Assembly (NCBI GenBank): GCA_001794755.1 | Contig: MGKT01000008.1 | Span: 11,491 to 75,490, forward strand | Direction: 5' to 3' | From: Candidatus Yanofskybacteria bacterium RIFCSPLOWO2_02_FULL_44_18 | GTDB lineage: Bacteria > Patescibacteriota > Minisyncoccia > 2-02-FULL-40-12 > GWA2-44-9 | DNA: 64,000 nt | Shown: one piece after another, positions 37,066-45,919 of the stretch | Layout: every line of letters starts with the position of its first letter | Position numbering within the stretch: the first letter of the stretch is position 1 | Made by a program: the position numbers and the translations under genes | The notes under the pieces: model-generated | The model's database searches: none | Seen by the model: the letters and a program-made list of their open reading frames with translations, nothing else | What the model was told of the DNA's origin: nothing

Positions 37066-37988
37066 TTGAGTCTGGAACCCAAGAAATCGGAATGGCCGTT
37101 AAGGAAGTCCTTGGCGGTCATTTCTTTTTTTCCGGCAAGCTGGATTATCTCTAGAATCAAAATCGAGCCGTCGCATGCGACAGCGATATCGTTTTCAAAT
37201 CTTTTAACCGTTCCTTTTTCGTCCGACAGGTTGTGCTTCAAATGATTTGCCTTTTTGATATTTAAAATTTTGCCGTTCCAAGTCGTCCATGTGCCCGGTT
37301 CGGGATTTAAAGCCTGGATTTGATTGTAAATTTTGTCAGCCGGCATTTGCCAATTTACACGCCCGTCCTTTCGCGCCAGCATCTTTGTGACAGTTGCTTG
37401 GGAATGGTCTTGTTCCTGCGGTTTATACGCGCCGGAAATATATTTAGGCAATGCTTTAATCATCAGTTTCGCACCGAGCTTTGCAAGCTCATCGTGTATT
37501 TCTGGAAAATATGCGCCGCTTGGTATTTGATGCTTTTTAACCGCGATAATGGGACCGTGGTCCATTTCCGCGTCTACCAGCATGATTGTCACTCCCGTTT
37601 CAGTTTCACCATTCATTATCGCCGTCTGAATTGGCGATGGCCCGCGGTATTTAGGCAGAAGAGAAGGATGGATATTGACGAATCCATATTTCGGAATTTC
37701 AAGATATTTCTTCGGAATTATTTTTCCGTACGCGGCGACGACGCATAAGTCCGGGGAAAGCGCTTTGAATTTATCAAAAAAAAATTCGTCTTTCAGTGTT
37801 TCGGGTTTCAATATTTCAATGCCCCTGGCGGATGCAAAAACGGCGAGCGGGGTGGGGGACAGTATTCTGTCCCGCCCGATGGGCTTGTCCGGCTGGGTCA
37901 CGACAACCAAAATTTCATAATCATTTTGTACCAGCTCATTAAGAGCGGGAATTGCAAATTCAGACGAGCCGAAGAAAATGATTTTCAT
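37062..37988 (-). CDS. fmt: Methionyl-tRNA formyltransferase
   Basis: MKIIFFGSSEFAIPAL..., HPSLLPKYRGPSPIQ and a C-terminal Fmt domain. Confidence 0.9.
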   Translation of the reverse strand: MKIIFFGSSEFAIPALNELVQNDYEILVVVTQPDKPIGRDRILSPTPLAVFASARGIEILKPETLKDEFFFDKFKALSPDLCVVAAYGKIIPKKYLEIPKYGFVNIHPSLLPKYRGPSPIQTAIMNGETETGVTIMLVDAEMDHGPIIAVKKHQIPSGAYFPEIHDELAKLGAKLMIKALPKYISGAYKPQEQDHSQATVTKMLARKDGRVNWQMPADKIYNQIQALNPEPGTWTTWNGKILNIKKANHLKHNLSDEKGTVKRFENDIAVACDGSILILEIIQLAGKKEMTAKDFLNGHSDFLGSRLN

Positions 37989-38434
37989 TTATCCTTGATT
38001 GTTAGTCCGTTCAAATGATCCGTTTCGTGTTGAAGCACACGCGCGAGAAATCCCCGCGCCTTAAATTTTATTTTATTTCCGTTTTCATCGATTGCCTTTA
38101 GTTTTATTTTTTTTGCGCGCAAAACAGGGATATAATAATCCGGGATCGATAGGCATCCTTCTTCAAGCTCATCCCGTTCAGTTGAATACTCCGTAATTTC
38201 GGAATTAAAATATGCATCAGGCACGTTGTGTTCATTAGCCAGTTTGGAATCAATGACAAAGAGACTTAAATCGATTCCGATTTGGTTGGCCGCAAGACCG
38301 ACGCCGTTATTGGCTTTCATGGCTTTCTTCATGTCCAAAATAAGCTCGGCATATTTACCGTCTTTAATATCCTGAACGGGAATATCCCTTGTTTTATTTC
38401 CCAATATTGCGTGCGGAAGTTTTGTTATTTCCAT
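37985..38434 (-). CDS. def: Peptide deformylase
   Basis: GVGLAANQIG, EGCLSIP and QHETDHLNG motifs. Confidence 0.9.
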   Translation of the reverse strand: MEITKLPHAILGNKTRDIPVQDIKDGKYAELILDMKKAMKANNGVGLAANQIGIDLSLFVIDSKLANEHNVPDAYFNSEITEYSTERDELEEGCLSIPDYYIPVLRAKKIKLKAIDENGNKIKFKARGFLARVLQHETDHLNGLTIKDK

Positions 38435-38492
38435 AATCCAATAATATTAATGCAAACTGCGAGCCAGGACCCCGAAGGTTGTAATATAAAAA

Positions 38493-40388
38493 TCATATCA
38501 AATTGACAGGATTGACGCTAATTTTCCATTGATTCGGTACGTATTTCAGAAATTCACGTATATTCTCAAACTCCGGTTTCACCTTTATCAGGATATGATA
38601 GCGATACAGCCCTTTTTCTTTTGAAATATACGCCGGAGAAGATTCGCTTAGCCGCACAATGTCTTGGATTCTGGAATGAGCCAGTGCCATCTTAAGCTTT
38701 TCATTTAATATTCTGGCGTTGGTGGATGCTTTTTTCCAATCGCGATGAGAATATGAAAGAAGGATGAGTTTTGAATACGGCGGATACATAAATCGGGACC
38801 TAAGTATAAGAGATTCCAAATAGAATTTTTCGTAGTTTCCGTCCGGGAGCAAATCAAGCAGGGGATTATCTCTGTGATACGCTTGCAGTATTATTTTTTT
38901 AGGGTTAAAATCCGATATTTTTTCAAACACGTGTATGAATTTTTCTTCGCTCCTATAGTCCGGCATATTCATTAAGGAGTCCCCGTTAATAACGCCCGCG
39001 CAATCAAAATTAAGATATGGCAGAAAACTGAAAATTCCCTGGGTTGCGACGCACACGGCCGGTCCGGGCTTTAAGAGTGTTTCAATGACTTCTTTTTCTT
39101 CAGTTTCATTTTGGGTAACATCAGCATCGATGACAACCACGGGCGCATCTCTTATTTTCCCTTCTTCTTTTAACGCGTATATTTCCTCATATATTCTCTG
39201 GCTTCCGGCCGGTCCGGCCGGTTTAAGCTTAGCGCTGTTGCAGTTTGCGCAATGACCGGGTAAGCTCTTAACACTCATACAGTGGTGGCAGACAAGAGTT
39301 AAATTTATTGATTGATGGACTCGCATCGGCACGTCACAATTTGAGCACTTAACGCTTGCACCGCAGTTCCCGCAGACTAGAAGCCCCATATATCCTTTTC
39401 TGGGGGAAAATAATAGTATTTTTTCATTGGCATTTAGCGTGTCAATGATAGCCTTTCTCAAGGCATTCGATATGCTCCAGAAATTTCCCGACTGCAATTC
39501 TCGAACCATGTCAACGGCGACGACTTCTCTGTCGCGTTTTCTTTTGTCGTCAAGGCTTCGGGCCGCATGATAATTAATTACGCCTTCAAATACGTCGGCA
39601 TATATGAGTTTCGCTCTGTTTATTCCGGCGACATATGATGCCAATTCGGCCGCATGAAATTTAGGCGCCATATCCGAAGCGTACATTTCATTATGGCTGT
39701 CTACGACAATGATTAATTTGAGGTTTTTAAATTGAGCCAAAAGGGCGCTTCTGGTGCCTATTAATATTTGAGTTCTGCCGTCTGATACCGATTGCCAGGA
39801 ATTAAAATATTCCTGGTTAGTGAGGCCTGATTGAATGACCGCCGTAATGCCGACCCGGGATAACCGCTCGACATATGCCGGAATGTATTCCTTGTCAGGC
39901 AAAATTATCATGGCTTGACCATCGTCTACCGCGTCCCTAATCATGGGTTCAATTCTGGCGGGAACGTCTTTCGTATTCGCCAGAATTATATGAAACCCGT
40001 TTTCCGAATCCTTATTCACGGAATTGACCGGTTCCGACGGATATTTATTTTTCCCCCAAAAAGGAGGTAGAACATGTTTCAGGGACAGTCCTAACGGTGC
40101 GTAATATGTTTTTGCAATCCATAGGGCGATTTTAAATTGGTTTTCGCCGACGAGGGGAGAGGCTGACACTATGTTTGTGATTTTTTTAAGCTGATAAAGA
40201 GATTTCTTCAAGGCGGCCTTTTCTTTTTCAAGGGGATTGGACGAGATAACGACGCCTTTAATTTTACGGTTATTAACGGCAATTCCGACAACCGATCCCT
40301 TGGGCATTTCTCCGTCGGAAAAATAGCTAAGGATTTGCGGCCCGTTCTGGGGAAGATTAGTTAGCGGTATTACTTCCAAGATGTACAT
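38493..40388 (-). CDS. priA: Primosomal protein N-prime (PriA)-like, with apparently degenerate helicase motifs
   Basis: Cys-rich PriA zinc-binding region CGNCGASVKCSNCDVPMRVH...CHHCMSV...CANCNS. Overall PriA architecture. No canonical GxGKT or DExH recognisable by eye (LANTKDVP, VVDSHNEMY). Confidence 0.65.
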   Translation of the reverse strand: MYILEVIPLTNLPQNGPQILSYFSDGEMPKGSVVGIAVNNRKIKGVVISSNPLEKEKAALKKSLYQLKKITNIVSASPLVGENQFKIALWIAKTYYAPLGLSLKHVLPPFWGKNKYPSEPVNSVNKDSENGFHIILANTKDVPARIEPMIRDAVDDGQAMIILPDKEYIPAYVERLSRVGITAVIQSGLTNQEYFNSWQSVSDGRTQILIGTRSALLAQFKNLKLIIVVDSHNEMYASDMAPKFHAAELASYVAGINRAKLIYADVFEGVINYHAARSLDDKRKRDREVVAVDMVRELQSGNFWSISNALRKAIIDTLNANEKILLFSPRKGYMGLLVCGNCGASVKCSNCDVPMRVHQSINLTLVCHHCMSVKSLPGHCANCNSAKLKPAGPAGSQRIYEEIYALKEEGKIRDAPVVVIDADVTQNETEEKEVIETLLKPGPAVCVATQGIFSFLPYLNFDCAGVINGDSLMNMPDYRSEEKFIHVFEKISDFNPKKIILQAYHRDNPLLDLLPDGNYEKFYLESLILRSRFMYPPYSKLILLSYSHRDWKKASTNARILNEKLKMALAHSRIQDIVRLSESSPAYISKEKGLYRYHILIKVKPEFENIREFLKYVPNQWKISVNPVNLI

Positions 40389-40416
40389 CTTTGGGTTATA
40401 ATAGCGAATATATTGA

Positions 40417-41775
40417 ATGAATAAAAGCTCCCAAATTAAAGTCCGCGTGGCGCCTTCTCCGACGGGTTTGCTTCACGTCGGAACGGCTCAAAGCGCCGTT
40501 TTTAATTATCTCTTTGCCCGAAAGAATGGGGGAGAGTTTCATGTCAGGATTGAAGACACTGATGAGGAAAGATCAACGAAAGAATTTGAAAAGGATATTT
40601 TGGCTGGTTTTGAGTGGCTCGGGATTAGGCCTGACGGCCAAATAAGGCGCTCTAGTGACAATAAGCAAAATTATAGGAAATTTTTAGAACAGCTTTTAGA
40701 AAGCGGCCATGCTTTCTGGTGCGGCCATTCCAAAGAAGAGCTTGAAGATGAGAATAAAAGACAAATCGAAAATAAAGAGGCGCCTCGGCATGTCTGCGGT
40801 CATCGAGATGAGGAGCGAAAGGAGGGGCAAGTCATTCGCCTGAAAACAGATTCTTCTAGCACTCGAGAAATTGTTTTTAACGACCTTATTCGCGGCGAGG
40901 TTAGGTTCAGAGAATCACTTTTGGGCGACATTTCCATCGCGCGCAATCTCGATAGCCCGTTGTATCATTTTGCCGTTGTGATTGATGATATTGAGCTTGG
41001 CGCAACTCACATACTAAGGGGCGAGGATCATATATCAAATACGCCCAAGCACATTCTGATATACGAGGCGCTGGGTCGGCCGGCTCCGACATATGCCCAT
41101 CTTCCTCTTTTACTTGCGCCGGACAGATCAAAGCTCTCAAAGAGACATGGCATCGTTTCACTGAATGAATATAAAAAGGATTATCTTTCCGACGCCGTGC
41201 TCAATTATCTTGCGGCAATAAGCCATTCATACGATAAAGATGTCCTTTCCAGCGAAGAATTAATTGAGGGGTTTGACATCTCTAAAGTTCATAAATCAGG
41301 CGCGGTTTTTGATATCAAAAAGCTGAACTGGCTTAATTCGCAATATGTTAAAATGCTCACACCCGATGAGTTAAGAGCGGCAACTAAAATTTCTGAAATT
41401 CCTGATGCCGCCGTGGCGTTAATTACGGAACGGCTTGAAAAATTATCGGAGGCGGGGGAGTATGATTACCTATGGAGGGAACCGGAATACGATAAATCAT
41501 TATTGATATGGAAGGACAGTTCAGTTGATGCAGTTTTAAAATCGCTAAAAGAGACCAAGGAATTAATTGAAAGTTTTAATTATGAAGATGGAAAAGAAAG
41601 ATTCAGAAAGGTGCTTGATAGTTTAAGCGAGAAGACGGGGGATAGGGGGTTGGTATATTGGCCGTTGCGCGTTGCCCTATCGGGCAAACAAAAATCCCCC
41701 GACCCGGTAGATATTGCATTTGTTATCGGAAAAGAGAAAACGCTTGAGAGAATAGATTCCGCATTGAGAAAATAA
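40417..41775 (+). CDS. gltX: Glutamyl-tRNA synthetase
   Basis: VRVAPSPTGLLHVGTAQSA (HIGH-class motif) and KLSKR (KMSKS variant). Confidence 0.9.
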   Translation: MNKSSQIKVRVAPSPTGLLHVGTAQSAVFNYLFARKNGGEFHVRIEDTDEERSTKEFEKDILAGFEWLGIRPDGQIRRSSDNKQNYRKFLEQLLESGHAFWCGHSKEELEDENKRQIENKEAPRHVCGHRDEERKEGQVIRLKTDSSSTREIVFNDLIRGEVRFRESLLGDISIARNLDSPLYHFAVVIDDIELGATHILRGEDHISNTPKHILIYEALGRPAPTYAHLPLLLAPDRSKLSKRHGIVSLNEYKKDYLSDAVLNYLAAISHSYDKDVLSSEELIEGFDISKVHKSGAVFDIKKLNWLNSQYVKMLTPDELRAATKISEIPDAAVALITERLEKLSEAGEYDYLWREPEYDKSLLIWKDSSVDAVLKSLKETKELIESFNYEDGKERFRKVLDSLSEKTGDRGLVYWPLRVALSGKQKSPDPVDIAFVIGKEKTLERIDSALRK

Positions 41776-41984
41776 AAAAGGCGGCCGATGTTCTGGCCGC
41801 CGAGTGGGTACTTCGTCTCGTAAAAGCCGACCATGGCGCCAACGAGTACGAGAGCGACTCCCACCACCATCATTGCGAACGCCATGTCCCCCCATTGCTG
41901 TCGCCAAGTCCCAACGAGGAGACCAACGAACGCAATGATAACACCAACAATCATCACCCACGCGAACATCGGCAGTACAGGCAT
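41580..41984 (-). CDS. GC-rich small hydrophobic ORF (two predicted TM helices in the first ~57 aa); functional extent uncertain
   Basis: GAGGTG SD 6 nt before the ATG at 41984. MPVLPMFAWVMIVGVIIAFVGLLVGTWRQQWGDMAFAMMVVGVALVLVGAMVGFYETKYP. The frame reads through the terminator hairpin and antisense into gltX with no stop until 41580. Region 41802-41984 is ~57% GC. Confidence 0.35.
   Translation of the reverse strand: MPVLPMFAWVMIVGVIIAFVGLLVGTWRQQWGDMAFAMMVVGVALVLVGAMVGFYETKYPLGGQNIGRLFYFLNAESILSSVFSFPITNAISTGSGDFCLPDRATRNGQYTNPLSPVFSLKLSSTFLNLSFPSS
41780..41801 (-). terminator. Rho-independent terminator, minus-strand oriented (U-tract on the minus strand)
   Basis: GGCGGCC-gatgttct-GGCCGCC with an A-run on the plus strand 5-prime side, giving a T-run on the minus strand. 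Confidence 0.55.
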
Positions 41985-42025
41985 TCTAGCACCTCATTCT
42001 TCAATTATATCACAATACACCAATA

Positions 42026-43297
42026 ATGTCAAATAAGCTATTTAAATCAATAATTGCAATAATCATCACGTTTTCCCTTGTCTTCCCGGGGGGTGATTTT
42101 ATTTCTGCCGCCACAGACCAGGAGCGTATTGCCGAACTTCAGCGCCAAATCCGTGAACTTGAAGAGCAAGCCGAACAATACCGCGATGCTATCGGCGAAC
42201 AGCAGGAACAAGCTAAAACTCTTCAGGGAAAGATTTCGAGCTTGAAGAACCAAATAAATCAAATACAGGTCCAGATACAGCTGACCGGTAAGAATATTGA
42301 TAAGACTAGAATACAAATCGGAGATTTGGGGGAGGATATATTCGAGACCGAAAAAAGGATTGATTCCCAAAAAAGAACAATATCGGAGATAATAATATAC
42401 TTGAATGAGCAGGACGACGAGAATATCGTCGAAACTCTCATAAAGAACAAAAATTTGTCCGATTTTCTTAGGCAGGAGCAATATGCCCGCACCGTCAATT
42501 CCAACCTCCTTTCGTTGGTTAATGATCTTAAGGATGCCAGGGATAAATTGCAGACCGACAAATCTTCGCTTGAGGGGAAGAAAATAAACCTGGAGCAGCT
42601 GAAGGAACAGCAAACGGTGCAAAAAGCATCCTTAGACGAAGTTAAAAGCGACACGGATCAGCTTCTGAAGAGAACGAAAAGCCAGGAAGCGGCTTACCAG
42701 AAACTTTTGGCGGAAACTGAAGCCAAACGAGCTCTTTTCTTTTCTGAACTTCTGGAATTGGAAACGCAGATTATCCAGGGCGGCCTTTACATCGTGCGCG
42801 TGAAGGCCGATTCCTTGCCCAGAAAGGGTACAAAACTTTTTCAGTGGCCCTCCGCATCCCGCCGGGTTACCCAAGGATATGGTTGCACAAGATATGCCAG
42901 ATGCGGCAATAAAAGGGGAGCGTACGGTGGAGCGCCCCATAACGGAGTAGATATCGCATCGGGCATGAGCACGCCGATTAAGTCTGTGGCTGACGGGATT
43001 ATTGTCGCCAACGGAAAAAACGACGGATGGGGGAATTGGGTCGCGATTCAGCATCCCGGGGCACATAACCTGGTAAGCGTCTACGGCCATATGAGCGCCT
43101 TGTCGTTTTTAAGGGTCGGTACAAACGTTTCAGCGGGCCAAGTAATCGGATACGAGGGGAGTACCGGAAATTCCAGCGGCTCCCATCTGCACCTTTCTAT
43201 ATATAAAGAATTCTTTACATTCGTTAACGAGGCCAGGAAGGGTCAGCTGTACTTCAACTATTTTGACGGAACAATCAATCCTATGGATTATTTGTAA
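42026..43297 (+). CDS. M23 family peptidase (LytM domain) with N-terminal coiled coil
   Basis: Signal/TM N-terminus, long coiled coil, and a C-terminal GHMSALSFLRVGTNVSAGQVIGYEGSTGNSSGSHLHLSIY LytM signature. Confidence 0.8.
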   Translation: MSNKLFKSIIAIIITFSLVFPGGDFISAATDQERIAELQRQIRELEEQAEQYRDAIGEQQEQAKTLQGKISSLKNQINQIQVQIQLTGKNIDKTRIQIGDLGEDIFETEKRIDSQKRTISEIIIYLNEQDDENIVETLIKNKNLSDFLRQEQYARTVNSNLLSLVNDLKDARDKLQTDKSSLEGKKINLEQLKEQQTVQKASLDEVKSDTDQLLKRTKSQEAAYQKLLAETEAKRALFFSELLELETQIIQGGLYIVRVKADSLPRKGTKLFQWPSASRRVTQGYGCTRYARCGNKRGAYGGAPHNGVDIASGMSTPIKSVADGIIVANGKNDGWGNWVAIQHPGAHNLVSVYGHMSALSFLRVGTNVSAGQVIGYEGSTGNSSGSHLHLSIYKEFFTFVNEARKGQLYFNYFDGTINPMDYL

Positions 43298-43349
43298 TTT
43301 AAAAATTCCCCGACTGCCCTACTCGCATGGCGGGGGAGACCCTAATCGT

Positions 43350-43388
43350 TAGCAATATTTTTTTTAGCAATATTTTTTTTCGCAATAG
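43350..43388 (+). repeat. Tandem direct repeat (T)AGCAATAT-T7 x2 followed by CGCAATAG
   Basis: Seen directly at 43350-43388 in the 450-nt intergenic region. Confidence 0.5.
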
Positions 43389-43552
43389 TTATAAGTCTAC
43401 CCTTATCAGCCTCCTCGATGATAGGCTAGGCTAGGCGACAGTATTTTTGGGATAAATAAATTATTTATAATTATTTAATTAAATTTAAAAATATACTCCA
43501 ACGTCGCAAAAGAGATATTTCGCGACTCAACATATTGCGATTTCCCCTGTTT

Positions 43553-43640
43553 TTCCCCTCGGGAGGAGGTATAAAACCTCCTCCCAGATATCAAGCATAA
43601 AAGCTGCTTGGGGGATCACATCCCCTCCCGAGGAGAAAAC
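43553..43640 (+). other. Candidate structured RNA with mutually exclusive helices
   Basis: CCTCGGGAGGAGG (43557-43569) can pair either with CCTCCTCCC (43577-43585) or with CCTCCCGAGG (43622-43631). Additional hairpins CAAGC-ataaaagct-GCTTG and GGGGA-tcaca-TCCCC. Lies ~140 nt upstream of the 43774 ORF. Confidence 0.3.
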
Positions 43641-43773
43641 CTATGACCAATAAATCGTTTCATTGATTCTCACGATGCCCATATAATATATCCAAAAAAT
43701 TAATTTTTGATGAACGACATCCCTATCATTTTAGTTTCTTGAACGTTTGCTTCGTGTATAGTATAAATAATGA

Positions 43774-44472
43774 ATGCCCAAATTAGTATTCGACATTGAG
43801 ACTGTAGGAGTGGAATTTGATTCTTTGGACGAAATATCCAAGAATCATCTTTTGGAATTCGCTGAAAATGAGGAGGAAAGAAAAAATATCCGGAATGAAC
43901 TTGGGTTCTCTCCTCTCACCGGCCGCGTTATCGCCGTGGGTATATTGAATCCGGATACGGAAAAAGGGGCGGTATATTTTCAATCGCATGATAATACCCC
44001 TGCCGGCGGAGAAATAAAGTTGGACAAGAAGACGGCATCGGACGAAGAAGTTCAATATGTCCCCTGCTCCGATGAAAAAGAAATACTGAAAAATTTTTGG
44101 GATGCGGCTCAACATTATCGCCAATTTGTTTCGTTCAACGGCCATTCTTTTGATTGTCCCTATCTCATGATTCGTTCGGCCGTCAACGAAATTAAGCCAA
44201 GCGTCAGTTTGATGCACAATCGCTATGCCCCGGGCCCGCATATTGACATACTTGATAGATTGACCAATTTTGGCGCCGTCAGGGGCAAAAGAAATTTGCA
44301 TCTATGGTGCCAGGCTTTTGGCATTGAGAGCCCGAAAGACAAGGGAATATCAGGAGAGGAGGTTGCCCGATATTTCAATGAAGGCAAAATACTGGACATT
44401 GCCAAATATTGCTATGGTGACATCAAATCAACGGCAAAATTATTTGAATATTGGGAAAAATTCATTAAATGA
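43774..44472 (+). CDS. RNase H-like 3-prime to 5-prime exonuclease (DEDD / PolB-exonuclease-like)
   Basis: VFDIETVG (Exo I DxE), FNGHSFDCPYL (Exo II) and YCYGD (Exo III YxxxD). Confidence 0.65.
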   Translation: MPKLVFDIETVGVEFDSLDEISKNHLLEFAENEEERKNIRNELGFSPLTGRVIAVGILNPDTEKGAVYFQSHDNTPAGGEIKLDKKTASDEEVQYVPCSDEKEILKNFWDAAQHYRQFVSFNGHSFDCPYLMIRSAVNEIKPSVSLMHNRYAPGPHIDILDRLTNFGAVRGKRNLHLWCQAFGIESPKDKGISGEEVARYFNEGKILDIAKYCYGDIKSTAKLFEYWEKFIK

Positions 44473-45206
44473 CTTGGTACAAAAGCGCGTCTGAATTTAA
44501 AGAGCAGAATGGATACACGATAGATGATGTTTGGTATCCGAGGGTAACCGCAATCGTCTCGATTAAGGCCAAACCGGCACTGTATGCTTTTTACGCGTCG
44601 ATGCCCAATTTTAAGGCCGCCGAAGCCATGAAGAATAAATCGGCCGATGAAGGCACATTGATTCATGATACGATTGAAGCGATATTAAAGAATGAGAAGG
44701 TTGAGATTCCTGAAAATATCAAACCGGCGATTTCGGCGTTTCTGGATTTCAGGAGCCGCAACGATATCGACGTCCATAAAGTCGAGGAGAGAATATTAAG
44801 CAAGAAGCACGGATATTCCGGCACGATGGACGTGCTGGCCGAAGTTAATGGCCATTTGGGAGTTTTGGACATAAAAACATCGATGGCCATATATCGCGAT
44901 TACAATATGCAGACATCGGCCTATGTCGAAGCTCTGGTTGAAAACGCGGACATTCCTCCCCTATCCCGCTGGATATTGAGAATTGATCAGAACAAAAAAT
45001 GCGTGAGATGCGGAGCGTCATTAAGAAGCAAAGGCGGAAGGGATAAAATACGGGGCGACAAATACCCCTGTGAACATGAATGGTCGGAAATGAGAGGAGA
45101 ATATGAATTCAAGGAATTGCCGAATTTCGATCACGACATCAAGGCGTTTCTGGCTTGTAAAACTCTTTGGGAATGGGAGCATGACTATTGGCTGAGGCAT
45201 GTATGA
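44469..45206 (+). CDS. PD-(D/E)xK nuclease, RecB/Cas4-like
   Basis: GTMDVLAEVNGHLGVLDIKTS (D ... D-x-K) and YNMQTSAY (QxxxY). Cys residues near the C-terminus. ATGA start/stop overlap with the upstream exonuclease gene. Confidence 0.6.
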   Translation: MTWYKSASEFKEQNGYTIDDVWYPRVTAIVSIKAKPALYAFYASMPNFKAAEAMKNKSADEGTLIHDTIEAILKNEKVEIPENIKPAISAFLDFRSRNDIDVHKVEERILSKKHGYSGTMDVLAEVNGHLGVLDIKTSMAIYRDYNMQTSAYVEALVENADIPPLSRWILRIDQNKKCVRCGASLRSKGGRDKIRGDKYPCEHEWSEMRGEYEFKELPNFDHDIKAFLACKTLWEWEHDYWLRHV

Positions 45207-45219
45207 TTAAATCCGGCGG

Positions 45220-45609
45220 TTATTTTCGGCAGTTTCCGGATAATTTGTAACCGGCTCCAATCGCCTCTTCCTCCGAACTAAACCATAGTTTATTTTCCTC
45301 TTTTATGCTTTTGGCCCCCGAACACCATGTAAAATGATATAATCTGGAGCTTGATTTTTTCGAGGCCACTACCCTCTTGTCGATTGGTGTCGGAGTGACC
45401 CTGTCTTCTATCTGGTAGGAATTAATTTGGGCCGCTTCTCTATCTTTTGTCGATGATATCCGGCCGATATTGTATCCGATGATTATAATCAAAATAATGC
45501 AAACTCCCAAAAAAACAGACTGTTCATATTTCTTGACCAATTTCACTATTTTTGCTAATATGTCATTCACTGGTATCGTAATCTGAATATTATTACATGG
45601 CGCATACAA
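45220..45609 (-). CDS. Membrane-anchored protein with Ada-like zinc-binding domain
   Basis: TM FLGVCIILIIIIGYNIG. C-terminal YHFTWCSGAKSIKEENKLWFSSEEEAIGAGYKLSGNC resembles the Ada N-terminal metal-binding fold. The start overlaps the rpmA start by 13 nt on the opposite strand. Confidence 0.45.
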   Translation of the reverse strand: MYAPCNNIQITIPVNDILAKIVKLVKKYEQSVFLGVCIILIIIIGYNIGRISSTKDREAAQINSYQIEDRVTPTPIDKRVVASKKSSSRLYHFTWCSGAKSIKEENKLWFSSEEEAIGAGYKLSGNCRK

Positions 45610-45869
45610 AAGCTATAGGATCTACGCAACTTGGAAGAGATTCACAGCCCAAATACCGTGGGGTGAAACTTTACGACGGAGAAGTCGCCAAACCCGGCAG
45701 TATAATCGTCCGCCAGATGGGAAATAAGATTCTGGCCGGCAAAGGCGTCCGCACCGGTTCCGATTACACGCTCTACGCCGTTAATTCCGGAAAGGTGAAA
45801 TTTCAGACAATCCGTAAAAAGAATTTTGACGGATCTCGAAGACTGGCGAAGGTAGTGAACGTAATATAA
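45597..45869 (+). CDS. rpmA: 50S ribosomal protein L27
   Basis: MAHTKAIGSTQLGRDSQPKYRGVK... is a canonical L27 without an N-terminal propeptide. Confidence 0.9.
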   Translation: MAHTKAIGSTQLGRDSQPKYRGVKLYDGEVAKPGSIIVRQMGNKILAGKGVRTGSDYTLYAVNSGKVKFQTIRKKNFDGSRRLAKVVNVI

Positions 45870-45870
45870 T

Positions 45871-45892
45871 AAATCCGCCGAGAGGCGGATTT
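45871..45892. terminator. Bidirectional terminator between rpmA and rplI
   Basis: AAATCCGCC-gaga-GGCGGATTT with A/T runs on both sides. Confidence 0.6.
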
Positions 45893-45919
45893 ATTATATT
45901 TTCACTTTCCGGCAGACTT

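Noticed and set aside
43350-43388. Possible CRISPR array (TAGCAATATTTTTTTT tandem repeats)
   Set aside because: Only two adjacent copies, with no spacers and no cas genes. It is a simple tandem repeat.
43600-43700. tmRNA / RNase P RNA / SRP RNA candidates in large intergenic regions (43.3-43.8 kb; 19.46-19.74 kb)
   Set aside because: No match by eye to the conserved tmRNA ends (GGGG..., ...CCACCA with tRNA-like T-arm), the RNase P P4 (AGGAAAGUCC) or the SRP GGAA motif. Left as an unclassified structured-RNA candidate.
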